In this document: positions 45,295-54,420 of the stretch, piece by piece
Layout: every line of letters begins with the position of its first letter
Numbering within the stretch: position 1 is the stretch's first letter
Source of the DNA: Candidatus Iainarchaeum sp.
GTDB taxonomy: Archaea; Iainarchaeota; Iainarchaeia; Iainarchaeales; JAFCCW01
Length of the DNA stretch: 64,000 bases
NCBI GenBank assembly: GCA_017609985.1
Contig: JAFCCW010000001.1
Span: 96,001-160,000, forward strand
Direction of reading: 5' to 3'
The notes under the pieces: model-generated
What the model saw: the letters and a program-made list of their open reading frames with translations, nothing else
Told to the model about the DNA's origin: nothing
Database searches by the model: none
Position numbers and translations under genes: made by a program

Positions 45295-45453
45295 TTAATA
45301 TTGAGCAGGGTTATTCTTTTGAATGCAGATCCTGCCTATTTCCTGTTCTTGATTTCTTCTGCCAGTTTGTTTAGAAATACTTGCCGCAGTGACCGCACTT
45401 TGCATTATCCATTATTTCACCTAATAAGATTCACTGGGAAACATATTAAAAAT

Positions 45454-45876
45454 TCAGGCTTTTTGAATAATTGAAACAGCTTCTTCAACAGCTTTCCTTA
45501 CCTCTTCACTCATTTCGTCGCCGAACTCAATGCTTTTTGCCTGAACAAGCAACAGCCTTACTTCCGGTATTTCTATTTCTTCTTTTATGTATCTGACAAA
45601 CTGTTCAATTGAAGTAGAGTGTGTTGACAGCACTATCTTGTCTGGCAATTTCTCTGTTTCTGTTATTTCTCCTGCTTTGCCTCCAAATTCTGCTGCATCA
45701 ACAATCCAAAGTTTTTCAATTTTTTTCCCTCTCAGTTTGTGCAAAACTCCTTCCGGTGAGTTTCCGCCCCATAAAAGCATTTTTTCACTGCCCTGCCGTT
45801 CAAGCTCTTTCAGGACAAAGAATGCAAAGCCATCGTCTCCCTTTAGCTCGTTTCCGATGCCAACAACTGCTTCCAT
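45454..45876 (-). CDS. hycI: Hydrogenase maturation protease HycI-like
   Basis: VGIGNELKGDDG, PE, IVDAA, STH. Confidence 0.92.
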   Translation of the reverse strand: MEAVVGIGNELKGDDGFAFFVLKELERQGSEKMLLWGGNSPEGVLHKLRGKKIEKLWIVDAAEFGGKAGEITETEKLPDKIVLSTHSTSIEQFVRYIKEEIEIPEVRLLLVQAKSIEFGDEMSEEVRKAVEEAVSIIQKA

Positions 45877-45927
45877 AAAGAGAGGGCATACAAAAGGTAT
45901 TTATGGATTACATTTTCTTAGTTATTT

Positions 45928-47673
45928 ATGGATAATTTGATTTTGTTGTTTGTTAGTGGTCAGGCTGTAATCATTGCTCCGCTCATAGCCTCTGCATTGC
46001 TTTTTTTGCTTGCGCTTGCAACTCCTAAAAAGCAACAGGGAAAGCTTGCCTGGGTTGGAGCAACAGCTGTCTTTCTGACCGGCATTGCAACATTTTTTGC
46101 AGAGCCTGTTTCAAACAGTTTCTTTCTTTTTGACCCGCTTTCAAAAGTATTCACATTTATTCTTGCAGTGATTGCCCCGCTTGTAATCGTGTATTCAGCA
46201 AAGTATATTGAAGTAAAGGAACAAAAGAGATATTTTTCAATAATCTATTTTTTCATTTTTTCAATGTTTTTGCTGGTAATGGCAAACAATCTAATCCTTT
46301 TCTTTATTGCCTGGGAATTAGTCAGCATTGCTTCTTTCATGCTAATCTCTTTTGAATACAGGGAAAGAAAAGCTGTTTTTGCAGCAAACAAGTGCTTTGC
46401 GCTAACCCAGCTAGGCGGACTTCTTGTATTAGCTGGTGTAGCCCTGCTTTCTTCAGGAAACATGTTTTCAATTTCAAGCCTTGTTGCAATTTCCGGTTCA
46501 ATCCCTGTTTCAATTGCTTTGCCAGCAGCTCTCTTGATTGCTGTTGGAGCACTATCCAAAAGCTCTATTTATCCATTTAACTGGCTTGCTGACGCAATGA
46601 AGGCTCCAACTCCAGTTTCTGCACTGCTTCACTCTGCTACAATGGTGAATGCTGGAATGTTTATTCTCTTCAAATTCTCTCCACTTTTCTCAAGATTCTC
46701 CGAGGTTTCAATGCTTATAATCGCGCTTGCATTTCTCAGCATGATTTATGCAGGTGTTTCCGCTTTAGTTGAGCGAGATTTCAAGCGCGTTCTTGCTTTC
46801 TCCACAATCCTAAACCTTGGCTATGTTGCAGCCACGTTAATGCTTTTCACTCCAGAGGCAACAGCAGCTGCCCTCTTCCACTTGGTTAACCATGCGTTCT
46901 TCAAAGCAGGTTTGTTCCTTGCGGCAGGAATAATTATCCTGAAATCAGGAGACCACCTGCTTGACGACCTTGGCGGAGCAGCAATGATGATGGGAAAATC
47001 AAAATATGCTCTTCTTTTCCTGATTTTTGCAGCTTCCTCTCTTCCAATCACAAACACTTTCTTGAGCAAATGGGCTGTTTACTCTATTTGGTTGCAAAAA
47101 ATGCCTTTAGCTCTTCCAATAATTGCTGCTGGAACCATGATCCCGCTTGTTTACTATTCAAAAATTATTAATGTCTTGTTTTATCCAAAAAACTTCAAGA
47201 AAAAGAAGCTCAGCAAGTCATTAACTGTTCCGCTTGCAATAATTACTGGATTCTGCCTGCTGTTTGGAGTAAGCCTTGTGGGTTACAACCTGCTTGTGGC
47301 TCCAGTAGTTCCTGTTCAACTTGCATTCCCCTTCGACGTAACCCTGGTTTTGTTGTTTGCTTCTCTCTTGCTTGGATTTGCTCTTAGCGCTGTGAAAAAG
47401 ACAAGAATTGATTCAACTGGTCCTTTTACCGGGGGAGAAAAGCTTCAGCCAGCTGCGCAGACAATGTTCTTTTTTGGCAAAGACAAGCAATTTATTAAAA
47501 AGATTTCAGGCTTTATTGATATTGACCGGGTTTACTGGATTTTAATGAAATTCTTCTATTATGCTTTTAGAGCAGTAAACTGGCTTGAAGGATTATTTGA
47601 GGAAAAAACAGGAGCAGCGATTGCGGGCACTATTGCAGTAGTATTTGTAATATTCTTTACAGGGGTTTTCTGA
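45928..47673 (+). CDS. Antiporter-like membrane subunit (NuoL/EchA/HyfB)
   Basis: FIAWELV, WLADAMKAPTPVSALLHSATMV, KRVLAFST, NHAFFKAGLF. Confidence 0.92.
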   Translation: MDNLILLFVSGQAVIIAPLIASALLFLLALATPKKQQGKLAWVGATAVFLTGIATFFAEPVSNSFFLFDPLSKVFTFILAVIAPLVIVYSAKYIEVKEQKRYFSIIYFFIFSMFLLVMANNLILFFIAWELVSIASFMLISFEYRERKAVFAANKCFALTQLGGLLVLAGVALLSSGNMFSISSLVAISGSIPVSIALPAALLIAVGALSKSSIYPFNWLADAMKAPTPVSALLHSATMVNAGMFILFKFSPLFSRFSEVSMLIIALAFLSMIYAGVSALVERDFKRVLAFSTILNLGYVAATLMLFTPEATAAALFHLVNHAFFKAGLFLAAGIIILKSGDHLLDDLGGAAMMMGKSKYALLFLIFAASSLPITNTFLSKWAVYSIWLQKMPLALPIIAAGTMIPLVYYSKIINVLFYPKNFKKKKLSKSLTVPLAIITGFCLLFGVSLVGYNLLVAPVVPVQLAFPFDVTLVLLFASLLLGFALSAVKKTRIDSTGPFTGGEKLQPAAQTMFFFGKDKQFIKKISGFIDIDRVYWILMKFFYYAFRAVNWLEGLFEEKTGAAIAGTIAVVFVIFFTGVF

Positions 47674-48812
47674 TGACGGACGAGAAAAGAGACAAAAAGC
47701 ATGAAACAATTCTGCCAATTGGGCCATTCCACCCGCTCTTGAAGGAACCAGAATACTTCAAGGTTCACGTTGACGGAGAAAAAGTAACAGACTTTGATTT
47801 CAGGCTTGGATTCAATCACAGGGGAATAGAGAAGATAGTGGAGAGCAAAACCTATTCAATGGCTACAACACTCTTAGGAAAAGTCTGCGGAATCTGCAAT
47901 CAAGCTCATTCACTTGCTTTCTCAATTGGCGTAGAAAAAATAAACAAGATTACTGTTCCAAAGAGAGGAAAATACATAAGAACAATTACTTTCGAATTAG
48001 AAAGAATTCAATCACACCTGCTCTGGCTTGGAGTCATGGCAGAAGCAATAGGTTTTGAAACAGTTTTCATGCATTCCTGGAGAGAACGAGAGAGAACAAA
48101 CTATCTTTTTGAATTAATGACTGGAAACAGAATCGCAAAAGAAATGTCTGTTGTCGGAGGCTCTAAATGGGATCTTGACGAAAAAACAGGAAAAAAAGTT
48201 TTATCAGAGTTACCCAATTTAGTCAAGTTTGCTAACAACATGGAGCGAGTTTTTACAAAAGACAAGCTTGTTCACAAAAGACTCAAAGAAGTTGGAGTGC
48301 TTTCAAAAGAAGAAGCAAAGCATTTCGATGTTGTTGGCCCAGTTGCAAGAGCGTCTTCCCTTGACTTTGACATAAGAAAGAATTCCCCTTACGAAGTTTA
48401 CAAAGATTTTGAATTCAATGTAATTGTGGGGGACGGAGCAGACTGTCTTGAAAGAACTCTTGTAAGAATCAGGGAAATCAAGGAAAGCGCTGAAATAATA
48501 AGGCAATGCATTGAATTACTGCCCGGTGGAGAGCACAGGCTCAAGTTCTTCAAAAGCGCGGAAGGAAAAACAACTTCTCGGGTTGAAGCTCCAAGAGGAG
48601 AGAACGCGCACTTTATGGTCACAGGCGAAATGAATCCAGTGCGACTGAAAATTCGAGCCCCAACCTATGCAAATATTCCTCCGCTCAAAACAATGCTTCT
48701 TAACCAAAAAATTGCTGATGTTCCGCCAATCATCATCAGCATTGACCCGTGCTTTTCTTGCACTGACAGAATAGCTGTTTACAAAAAAGGAGAACTGGTG
48801 AAGAGAGTATGA
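47673..48812 (+). CDS. Group 4 [NiFe]-hydrogenase large subunit (EchE/MbhL-like)
   Basis: GPFHP..KEP, GFNHRGIEK, L1 VCGIC, EAPRGE, L2 DPCFSC followed by a TDR.. C-terminal extension. Confidence 0.93.
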   Translation: MTDEKRDKKHETILPIGPFHPLLKEPEYFKVHVDGEKVTDFDFRLGFNHRGIEKIVESKTYSMATTLLGKVCGICNQAHSLAFSIGVEKINKITVPKRGKYIRTITFELERIQSHLLWLGVMAEAIGFETVFMHSWRERERTNYLFELMTGNRIAKEMSVVGGSKWDLDEKTGKKVLSELPNLVKFANNMERVFTKDKLVHKRLKEVGVLSKEEAKHFDVVGPVARASSLDFDIRKNSPYEVYKDFEFNVIVGDGADCLERTLVRIREIKESAEIIRQCIELLPGGEHRLKFFKSAEGKTTSRVEAPRGENAHFMVTGEMNPVRLKIRAPTYANIPPLKTMLLNQKIADVPPIIISIDPCFSCTDRIAVYKKGELVKRV

Positions 48813-49840
48813 TGGAAGCAGTCACAATTGAATCTGCAAGAATTCCTCTGGCTCTTGCACTTGCATTTGCAAGCATTTTTTCACTGCAATTCAGCATATG
48901 GAAAAAAAGAGCAACAAGCTTTAGAACAATTTTTTACGCGGTTTTGTTTGCAGGAGTTATTGGAAGTGTTCTACTCAGGGGAATTTACTCAGTTGCTTCA
49001 ATGGAGTTAGCAGTTTATTCCGCAGGATTTCTTTTATACTTTGCAAACGGAAACAAAAAAACAGCTTTGCTTTACTTTGCTTCACAGGCTCTTGCAACAG
49101 CCATGATTATTCTCGGAGTTGTTCTGCCAGGATTCACTCCGCTTGTATTCATTGGATTTTTGCTCAAACTCGGGGCATTTCCTCTGCATCTCTGGTTTCG
49201 CTCTGCTCTGGAAAACTCAACTGTTGGAACAGCAGCAATAATTTCTGCTTCACTCTCAACTTCAATTCTTTTCACAATGATTTCAAACAGCATTGTTTCT
49301 GAATCATTTATTGCAATTGGACTAATCGGCGCATTTGCAGGAGCAATACTTGCTCTTGGTTCAAAAAGAGTTAGGGAAAAAACAGCTTATATTGCAATGG
49401 CTGGAACAGGCCTTGCTCTTATTCCAATTGGGTTTGGAGGCGACTTGTTTGGAATAGCAATAGCTTTTATTTTTTCACTGCTTTTTGCAAAACAAGCTTT
49501 GTTTATTCTAGCAGGACTTGTTGAAGAAAAAGCTTCTTCAAATTTTGGAATAAACTCTGCAGCACTTTTAGCAGCTTCCTTTTCAATTGCCGGCCTTCCA
49601 CTTACCGCTGGATTTATTTCCTTGCACGAACTATTGTTTCACGCAGCAAAACTTGAATTATTTAACTTTTTTGGAATACTTCTAGCAGCACTATTGTTCG
49701 TATTCTATGCCTGTCTTTCTAGCTACAAACAGCTTGCAGAAAGTGAAGGAGAAAGCAATGCTCGGGGAATTGAATCAATGCTTGCTCTCTCCACTATCTC
49801 AATGATTGCGCTTGGGCTGGTTTTTTGGGTGATTATGTAA
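48809..49840 (+). CDS. Second antiporter-like subunit (MrpD/NuoN-like, shortened)
   Basis: LKLGAFPLHLW, SIAGLPLTAGFIS. Confidence 0.8.
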   Translation: MMEAVTIESARIPLALALAFASIFSLQFSIWKKRATSFRTIFYAVLFAGVIGSVLLRGIYSVASMELAVYSAGFLLYFANGNKKTALLYFASQALATAMIILGVVLPGFTPLVFIGFLLKLGAFPLHLWFRSALENSTVGTAAIISASLSTSILFTMISNSIVSESFIAIGLIGAFAGAILALGSKRVREKTAYIAMAGTGLALIPIGFGGDLFGIAIAFIFSLLFAKQALFILAGLVEEKASSNFGINSAALLAASFSIAGLPLTAGFISLHELLFHAAKLELFNFFGILLAALLFVFYACLSSYKQLAESEGESNARGIESMLALSTISMIALGLVFWVIM

Positions 49841-49850
49841 TGTTGGAGAC

Positions 49851-50267
49851 TTGGGTGATATTGTGACATTTGTAAAAAAGAGTCCCTGGATTTTTCATCT
49901 TAACACTGGAAGCTGCAACGGCTGTGACATAGAAGCAGTTGCATGCGTTACTCCTGGCTTTGATATTGAGAGATTGGGAGCAAAGCTTGTTGGCTCTCCA
50001 AGGCATGCAGATATAATACTTGTAACCGGTCCAGTGAACAAGCACAGTCTTGAAAGAATCAAGACAGTTGTGGAACAGGCTCCAAAAGGAAAAGTAATCG
50101 TTGGAATAGGGGCCTGCACTATTTCAGGAGGATTGTTCAAAGACAGCTACAATACAGACCCTCCTCTTGGAAAGCACATGCCAGTAACAATGTACATTCC
50201 AGGATGCCCTCCAAAACCAGAGGCAATAATTGCTGGTTTAGCAAAAGCACTGGAGGCACTTAAATGA
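49851..50267 (+). CDS. Hydrogenase small subunit (NuoB/EchC/MbhJ)
   Basis: GSCNGCDIE, SPRHAD, GAC..SGG, IPGCPPKP. Confidence 0.95.
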   Translation: MGDIVTFVKKSPWIFHLNTGSCNGCDIEAVACVTPGFDIERLGAKLVGSPRHADIILVTGPVNKHSLERIKTVVEQAPKGKVIVGIGACTISGGLFKDSYNTDPPLGKHMPVTMYIPGCPPKPEAIIAGLAKALEALK

Positions 50268-51112
50268 ATTACTTAAATCTTGCATTTGTTGGAATCGCAG
50301 CATTCCTCTTTGTCTGGATTGAGAGAAAAATTCTCGCATCATCTCAGTACAGAGTAGGGCCTCCGATTTTACAACCTGTTTATGATTTACTAAAACTTCT
50401 TGAAAAAGAAACTATTAGAAATTTCTTTGCAAGCCCAATGCTTCCATTTGTTCCATTTGTTGGACTGTCTGCATTGCTTGTAGTAGCAGCTGGCCTCCCA
50501 TTTGCAGGAATCCCAGCTTCAATAGACATTGTTACAACAATCTTTCTCCTGCTTCTTGTTTCAGTAGCTTATCCAATCGCAGGATTTCTCTCATTTTCGC
50601 CGTATGGATATATTTCCGCAAGGCGCGCAGCAATTCAGATACTAAGCTACGAACTCCCTCTCACTCTTTCAATTATTTCAGCAGCAATATTTCATCAGAC
50701 ACTTTCATTCAATAATTTGTCAGGTTTTTCATTTTATCTGCTTCCTGCGATGGCAGTTTTTTATGTCTGTGCTCTTGCAGCAATGCACAAAAAACCATTT
50801 GATGTGCCAAACGCAGTTGAAGAGCTTGTTGCAGGAAGTGAAACAGAATTTTCAGGAATTCCACTTGCAGGATTCAAACTAATTGAATGGATTGAAGGAG
50901 TTATTTTGGCAGAACTCTTCTTTTTGCTCTTTATTGGAATTCCAGATGCAATAACACACATTGTTTCAGTCACAGTGATTTTCTCATCTTTTGCAATAGT
51001 TGAGGCAGTTACTCCAAGGCTAAGAATAGACCATGTAACAGACTTTTTCATAAAATACATGGTTCCTCTTTCAATTGCAGGAGTGGTGATAGCATGTTGC
51101 GTGAGGTTCTAA
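50264..51112 (+). CDS. NuoH/EchB/MbhM membrane subunit
   Basis: ERK..A..Q.RVGPP..QP.YD..KL, PFD...EELVAG..TEFSG. Confidence 0.93.
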   Translation: MNYLNLAFVGIAAFLFVWIERKILASSQYRVGPPILQPVYDLLKLLEKETIRNFFASPMLPFVPFVGLSALLVVAAGLPFAGIPASIDIVTTIFLLLLVSVAYPIAGFLSFSPYGYISARRAAIQILSYELPLTLSIISAAIFHQTLSFNNLSGFSFYLLPAMAVFYVCALAAMHKKPFDVPNAVEELVAGSETEFSGIPLAGFKLIEWIEGVILAELFFLLFIGIPDAITHIVSVTVIFSSFAIVEAVTPRLRIDHVTDFFIKYMVPLSIAGVVIACCVRF

Positions 51113-51441
51113 GAAGCATTTTCAAAAAACCAGCTACTTCAAGTTTTCCATTCGAAGACCATGTTCCGGAAAATCACAGAGGAAAAATTAAATGGATTCC
51201 AGAAAAATGCATTTACTGCAGACTGTGTGAGAGAAGCTGTCCAACAGGAGCATGCAAATTTATTCCTCCAAAAAAAGCAGGAGAAAAGGGAACAATCGAA
51301 ATAGACATTGGAAAATGTGTTTTCTGTTATGAATGTGTTCTAGCCTGCCCAAAAGATGCTTTGGAAGGAACACTGGATTACAAGCTTGCATATATTTCAA
51401 AATCAGAAAAAGCAGATGAAAAATTAAGGAAAAAGAATTGA
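51094..51441 (+). CDS. 2x[4Fe-4S] subunit (NuoI/EchF/MbhN)
   Basis: KPAT..FP, RGK, CIYCRLCERSCP, CVFCYECVLACP. Confidence 0.93.
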   Translation: MLREVLRSIFKKPATSSFPFEDHVPENHRGKIKWIPEKCIYCRLCERSCPTGACKFIPPKKAGEKGTIEIDIGKCVFCYECVLACPKDALEGTLDYKLAYISKSEKADEKLRKKN

Positions 51442-51537
51442 ACTAAAAAAAAGAGATTAATCAAAAAAAAAAATTGATAAATCAAAAAAACCAACAAAGA
51501 AAAAAAATTAATGAAAACGAAAACAGGGGGAAAAACA

Positions 51538-51840
51538 ATGCACGAACATCACACTCTTGCAATGATTGAATCAAAGCTTTCTGAAACAAGAGACAAAACA
51601 GCAGTTAAAAAAATCGTAGTGGGCAGAGACGAGGTTCATGATATAGAAACATTCAAGCAGAATGCAAAACAAATGCTTGAAGAAAAATTTCCAGAAGCAA
51701 ACACAGAAATCGAGGTTCGCGATCCAGAAATGATTTGTCCAGCCTGCGGCTACAAAACAAATGAAATGATTGAAATCTGCCCAGAATGCGAAACAAAAAT
51801 GAATCTTGAAACAAACAAGGGGGTAAGATTGGAGTTTTAA
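51538..51840 (+). CDS. hypA: HypA-like Ni metallochaperone
   Basis: N-terminal MHE plus CPAC and CPEC; GGGGG SD. Confidence 0.75.
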   Translation: MHEHHTLAMIESKLSETRDKTAVKKIVVGRDEVHDIETFKQNAKQMLEEKFPEANTEIEVRDPEMICPACGYKTNEMIEICPECETKMNLETNKGVRLEF

Positions 51841-51855
51841 GCTTTCTTTTCGGGT

Positions 51856-52155
51856 TTAAGGCTTTCTTTTAGGTTCTCTTTTTTCTTCTCTTTTCTTTCT
51901 CTGTTTTCTTTTTCTTTCAATAATTCTTTCCTTTATTTTCCTAAGCTGCCTGCTTCTTTCCTGGACTTCTTCAAGCCTTGCTTTTTTTGATTCATGGTCT
52001 TTTAATGCATCCTGATACTCGCTTGAATCTCGCTCAAAACCTTCTTCAACAATCAGTTCCAGATGCCTTCTTACAGAATCATAAATTTGGGATCTTATGC
52101 CAATCTCTTTTGCAACTCTCTTTAACTCTTGATTGACATTGTCGAGGTTAACCAT
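51856..52155 (-). CDS. Hypothetical charged coiled-coil protein
   Basis: Follows pgk; basic C-terminal tail. Confidence 0.6.
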   Translation of the reverse strand: MVNLDNVNQELKRVAKEIGIRSQIYDSVRRHLELIVEEGFERDSSEYQDALKDHESKKARLEEVQERSRQLRKIKERIIERKRKQRKKREEKREPKRKP

Positions 52156-52162
52156 AAACTCA

Positions 52163-53347
52163 CTACTTTAATACTTCAAGCCCAGGCAATTCTTCGCTCG
52201 CGAGATACTTCAACAAAGCCTTTCCAGAAAGCGATATGTGAGAAAAATCCTTTTCCTTAAATCCAAGCTTGGTTAGTGCTGTTTCAGTGTCTCCCCCGCC
52301 CAGCAAAGAAAAAGCCTTGCTCTTGGAAATAACTCCTAGCAATTTTTTAGTGCCCAAACTAAAATTCTTTTCTTCAAATACTCCAACAGGCCCATTGAAT
52401 ACAACAAGTCCTGCTCTGTTAATCTTTCTTGAGAATTCTTCAACAGTTTTTTCTCCAATATCTTTTGCAAGAGCTGTTTCAGGGGTGTGTTCAACATCTG
52501 TTTCCATTCTTTTGCCTGCTTCTTCAAAAGCAATATCTTGTGGAATAAACACGGACTGGTGAAATTTTTCCATTATTTCTTTTGCATCTTTTCCAACTTC
52601 ACTTAATCCTTTCTTTTTCAAAAATTCAATAGTTTTTCCTTTGATAATATTTTTTGAAGCAAGAGCCATTTCTCCAGGCACGCCTCCAAGCAAAACATCG
52701 TCTGCTCTGCCGTGCTCCATCATGCTTTTGGCAAGACTGATGCTGTCCTCTGGTTTTGCACCTCCAAGAACAAGAACTTTTCTTCCATCGTTTTTGTCAA
52801 CTTCTTCAAGTGCTTTGAGTTCGCATTCAAGAACCGGGCCTATAAAGCTTGGCACAGTGCAAAAACCAACAACTGACGCGTGGCTTCTGTGACAAACACT
52901 TAAAGCATCTTGAACAAAAATGTCAGCTCTTTGAGCAAGCTTTTCAACATAGCTATGTCTTGCGTGTTCTATTGGCTTTTTTGTCTTTGTTTCTTCTTTC
53001 TGAAAACGAGTGTTTTCGAGAAGCAAAATCTCTCTGTTTTTCATAGAGTCAATTTCTTCAAGATAGTCAGAGTTCCAGTCACAAAACATTATTTCTGTTC
53101 CAACAAGCTTGGAAATAAGTCTTGCGTGCTGTTTGAGAGAAATAAAGTCATCCTGCCCTTTTCTTCCCTGGTGTGCTAAGACAACAAGCTTGCAATCTCT
53201 TTCATGAAGATACTTGATTGTTTTAGCATGCTCTCTAATTCTTTTGTTCAAAACAGGTTTTTCTTCCTGAACATTGCTGTTAAGGTCTGCTCTCAGGAAA
53301 ACATGCTTGTCCTCTATATTCTCGTAACGCAAAACTTTGTAATTCAT
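52163..53347 (-). CDS. pgk: Phosphoglycerate kinase
   Basis: RADLN, AHQGR, LLENTRF, HRSHAS, LGGAK, NGPVGVFE, GGGDT. Confidence 0.95.
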   Translation of the reverse strand: MNYKVLRYENIEDKHVFLRADLNSNVQEEKPVLNKRIREHAKTIKYLHERDCKLVVLAHQGRKGQDDFISLKQHARLISKLVGTEIMFCDWNSDYLEEIDSMKNREILLLENTRFQKEETKTKKPIEHARHSYVEKLAQRADIFVQDALSVCHRSHASVVGFCTVPSFIGPVLECELKALEEVDKNDGRKVLVLGGAKPEDSISLAKSMMEHGRADDVLLGGVPGEMALASKNIIKGKTIEFLKKKGLSEVGKDAKEIMEKFHQSVFIPQDIAFEEAGKRMETDVEHTPETALAKDIGEKTVEEFSRKINRAGLVVFNGPVGVFEEKNFSLGTKKLLGVISKSKAFSLLGGGDTETALTKLGFKEKDFSHISLSGKALLKYLASEELPGLEVLK

Positions 53348-53407
53348 TCAATCACTTTCACACAATTTTTATACAATTTCTTTTCTGCAATGCTTTGTCA
53401 GATTCTG

Positions 53408-54400
53408 TTATTTTGCAATAAAATCCAAGAATTCAGCCATTCTTGAACTATAACCCCATTCATTGTCGTACCATCCGAGAACCTTGAACATTTTTCCAGC
53501 GCACATTGTCTGCTTGCTGTCAAACACACAGCTGTGTGCATTGCCCACGATGTCTGAGGAGACAAGCTCTTCTTCGCTGTATTCAAGAATTCCCTTTAAT
53601 TTTCCATTGCCTGCTTTTTTAAACTCTGAATTAATTTCTTCAATGCTTGTTTCTTTTTCAAGCACTCCTACAAAGTCAGTAAGGCTCCCATCAGGCACTG
53701 GAACACGAACAGCAATTCCATCAAGTCTTCCTTCAAGCTCGGGCATAACTTTGGTTACTGCCTTGGCTGCCCCAGTGGTTGTTGGAATAATATTAACTGC
53801 TGCAGCTCTAGCCCGTCTCAAATCACTGTGCGGAAGGTCAAGAATTTTTTGGTCATTGGTGTAGGCATGAATTGTTGAAATAAATCCCTGCTCTATTCCA
53901 AATGCATTTTGCAAAACAAAAGCCATTGGCGCAAGGGAATTAGTAGTGCAGGAAGCCATTGAAACAATTTCTTCTCCTGCATAAGATTTGTCGTTTACGC
54001 CCGGTACAATTTGAGGAATGCCATCATCTTTTGGCGGAGCACTCAAAGCAACTTTTTTTGCTCCTGCCCTGAGATGTTTTCCAGCACTATCCTTTGTTCT
54101 AAATACTCCGGTGCTTTCAAGAACAACGTCTACTCCGAGCTTTTTCCAAGGAAGTTTTTCCGGGTCTCTCTCGGAAAAAACATTGATTTTATTGCTTCCG
54201 ACAAAAATACTGTTCTCGTCAGAGCTTATTTCTTCTTCGATAATTCCATGAATTGAATCATACTTCAATAAATGTGCAAGAGTTCCAGAATCAGTTAAAT
54301 CATTAATTGCGACAAATTCAAGCTTGCTCTTGTTCTTCAAAGCAGCTCTTAAAACATTTCTTCCAATTCTTCCAAATCCATTGATAGCAATTCTAATCAT
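53408..54400 (-). CDS. gap: Glyceraldehyde-3-phosphate dehydrogenase, bacterial type I
   Basis: INGFGRIGR, ASCTTN, RRARAAA.NIIPTTTGAA, WYDNEWGY. Confidence 0.97.
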   Translation of the reverse strand: MIRIAINGFGRIGRNVLRAALKNKSKLEFVAINDLTDSGTLAHLLKYDSIHGIIEEEISSDENSIFVGSNKINVFSERDPEKLPWKKLGVDVVLESTGVFRTKDSAGKHLRAGAKKVALSAPPKDDGIPQIVPGVNDKSYAGEEIVSMASCTTNSLAPMAFVLQNAFGIEQGFISTIHAYTNDQKILDLPHSDLRRARAAAVNIIPTTTGAAKAVTKVMPELEGRLDGIAVRVPVPDGSLTDFVGVLEKETSIEEINSEFKKAGNGKLKGILEYSEEELVSSDIVGNAHSCVFDSKQTMCAGKMFKVLGWYDNEWGYSSRMAEFLDFIAK

Positions 54401-54420
54401 TTTATGACCTCCAATCAAAT

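Larger units (their letters stand above)
41327..45453. mobile_element. Probable acquired, decaying ars/thioredoxin island inside the hydrogenase locus
   Basis: Co-oriented arsR-arsP-trx-arsF-arsG block with several lesions, splitting hydrogenase genes; no integrase or terminal repeats seen. Confidence 0.45.

Noticed and set aside
45928-51441. Respiratory complex I or Mbx-type non-hydrogenase
   Set aside because: The large subunit has both CxxC metal-binding motifs and a cleavable C-terminal extension, with hycI, hypA and hypC nearby
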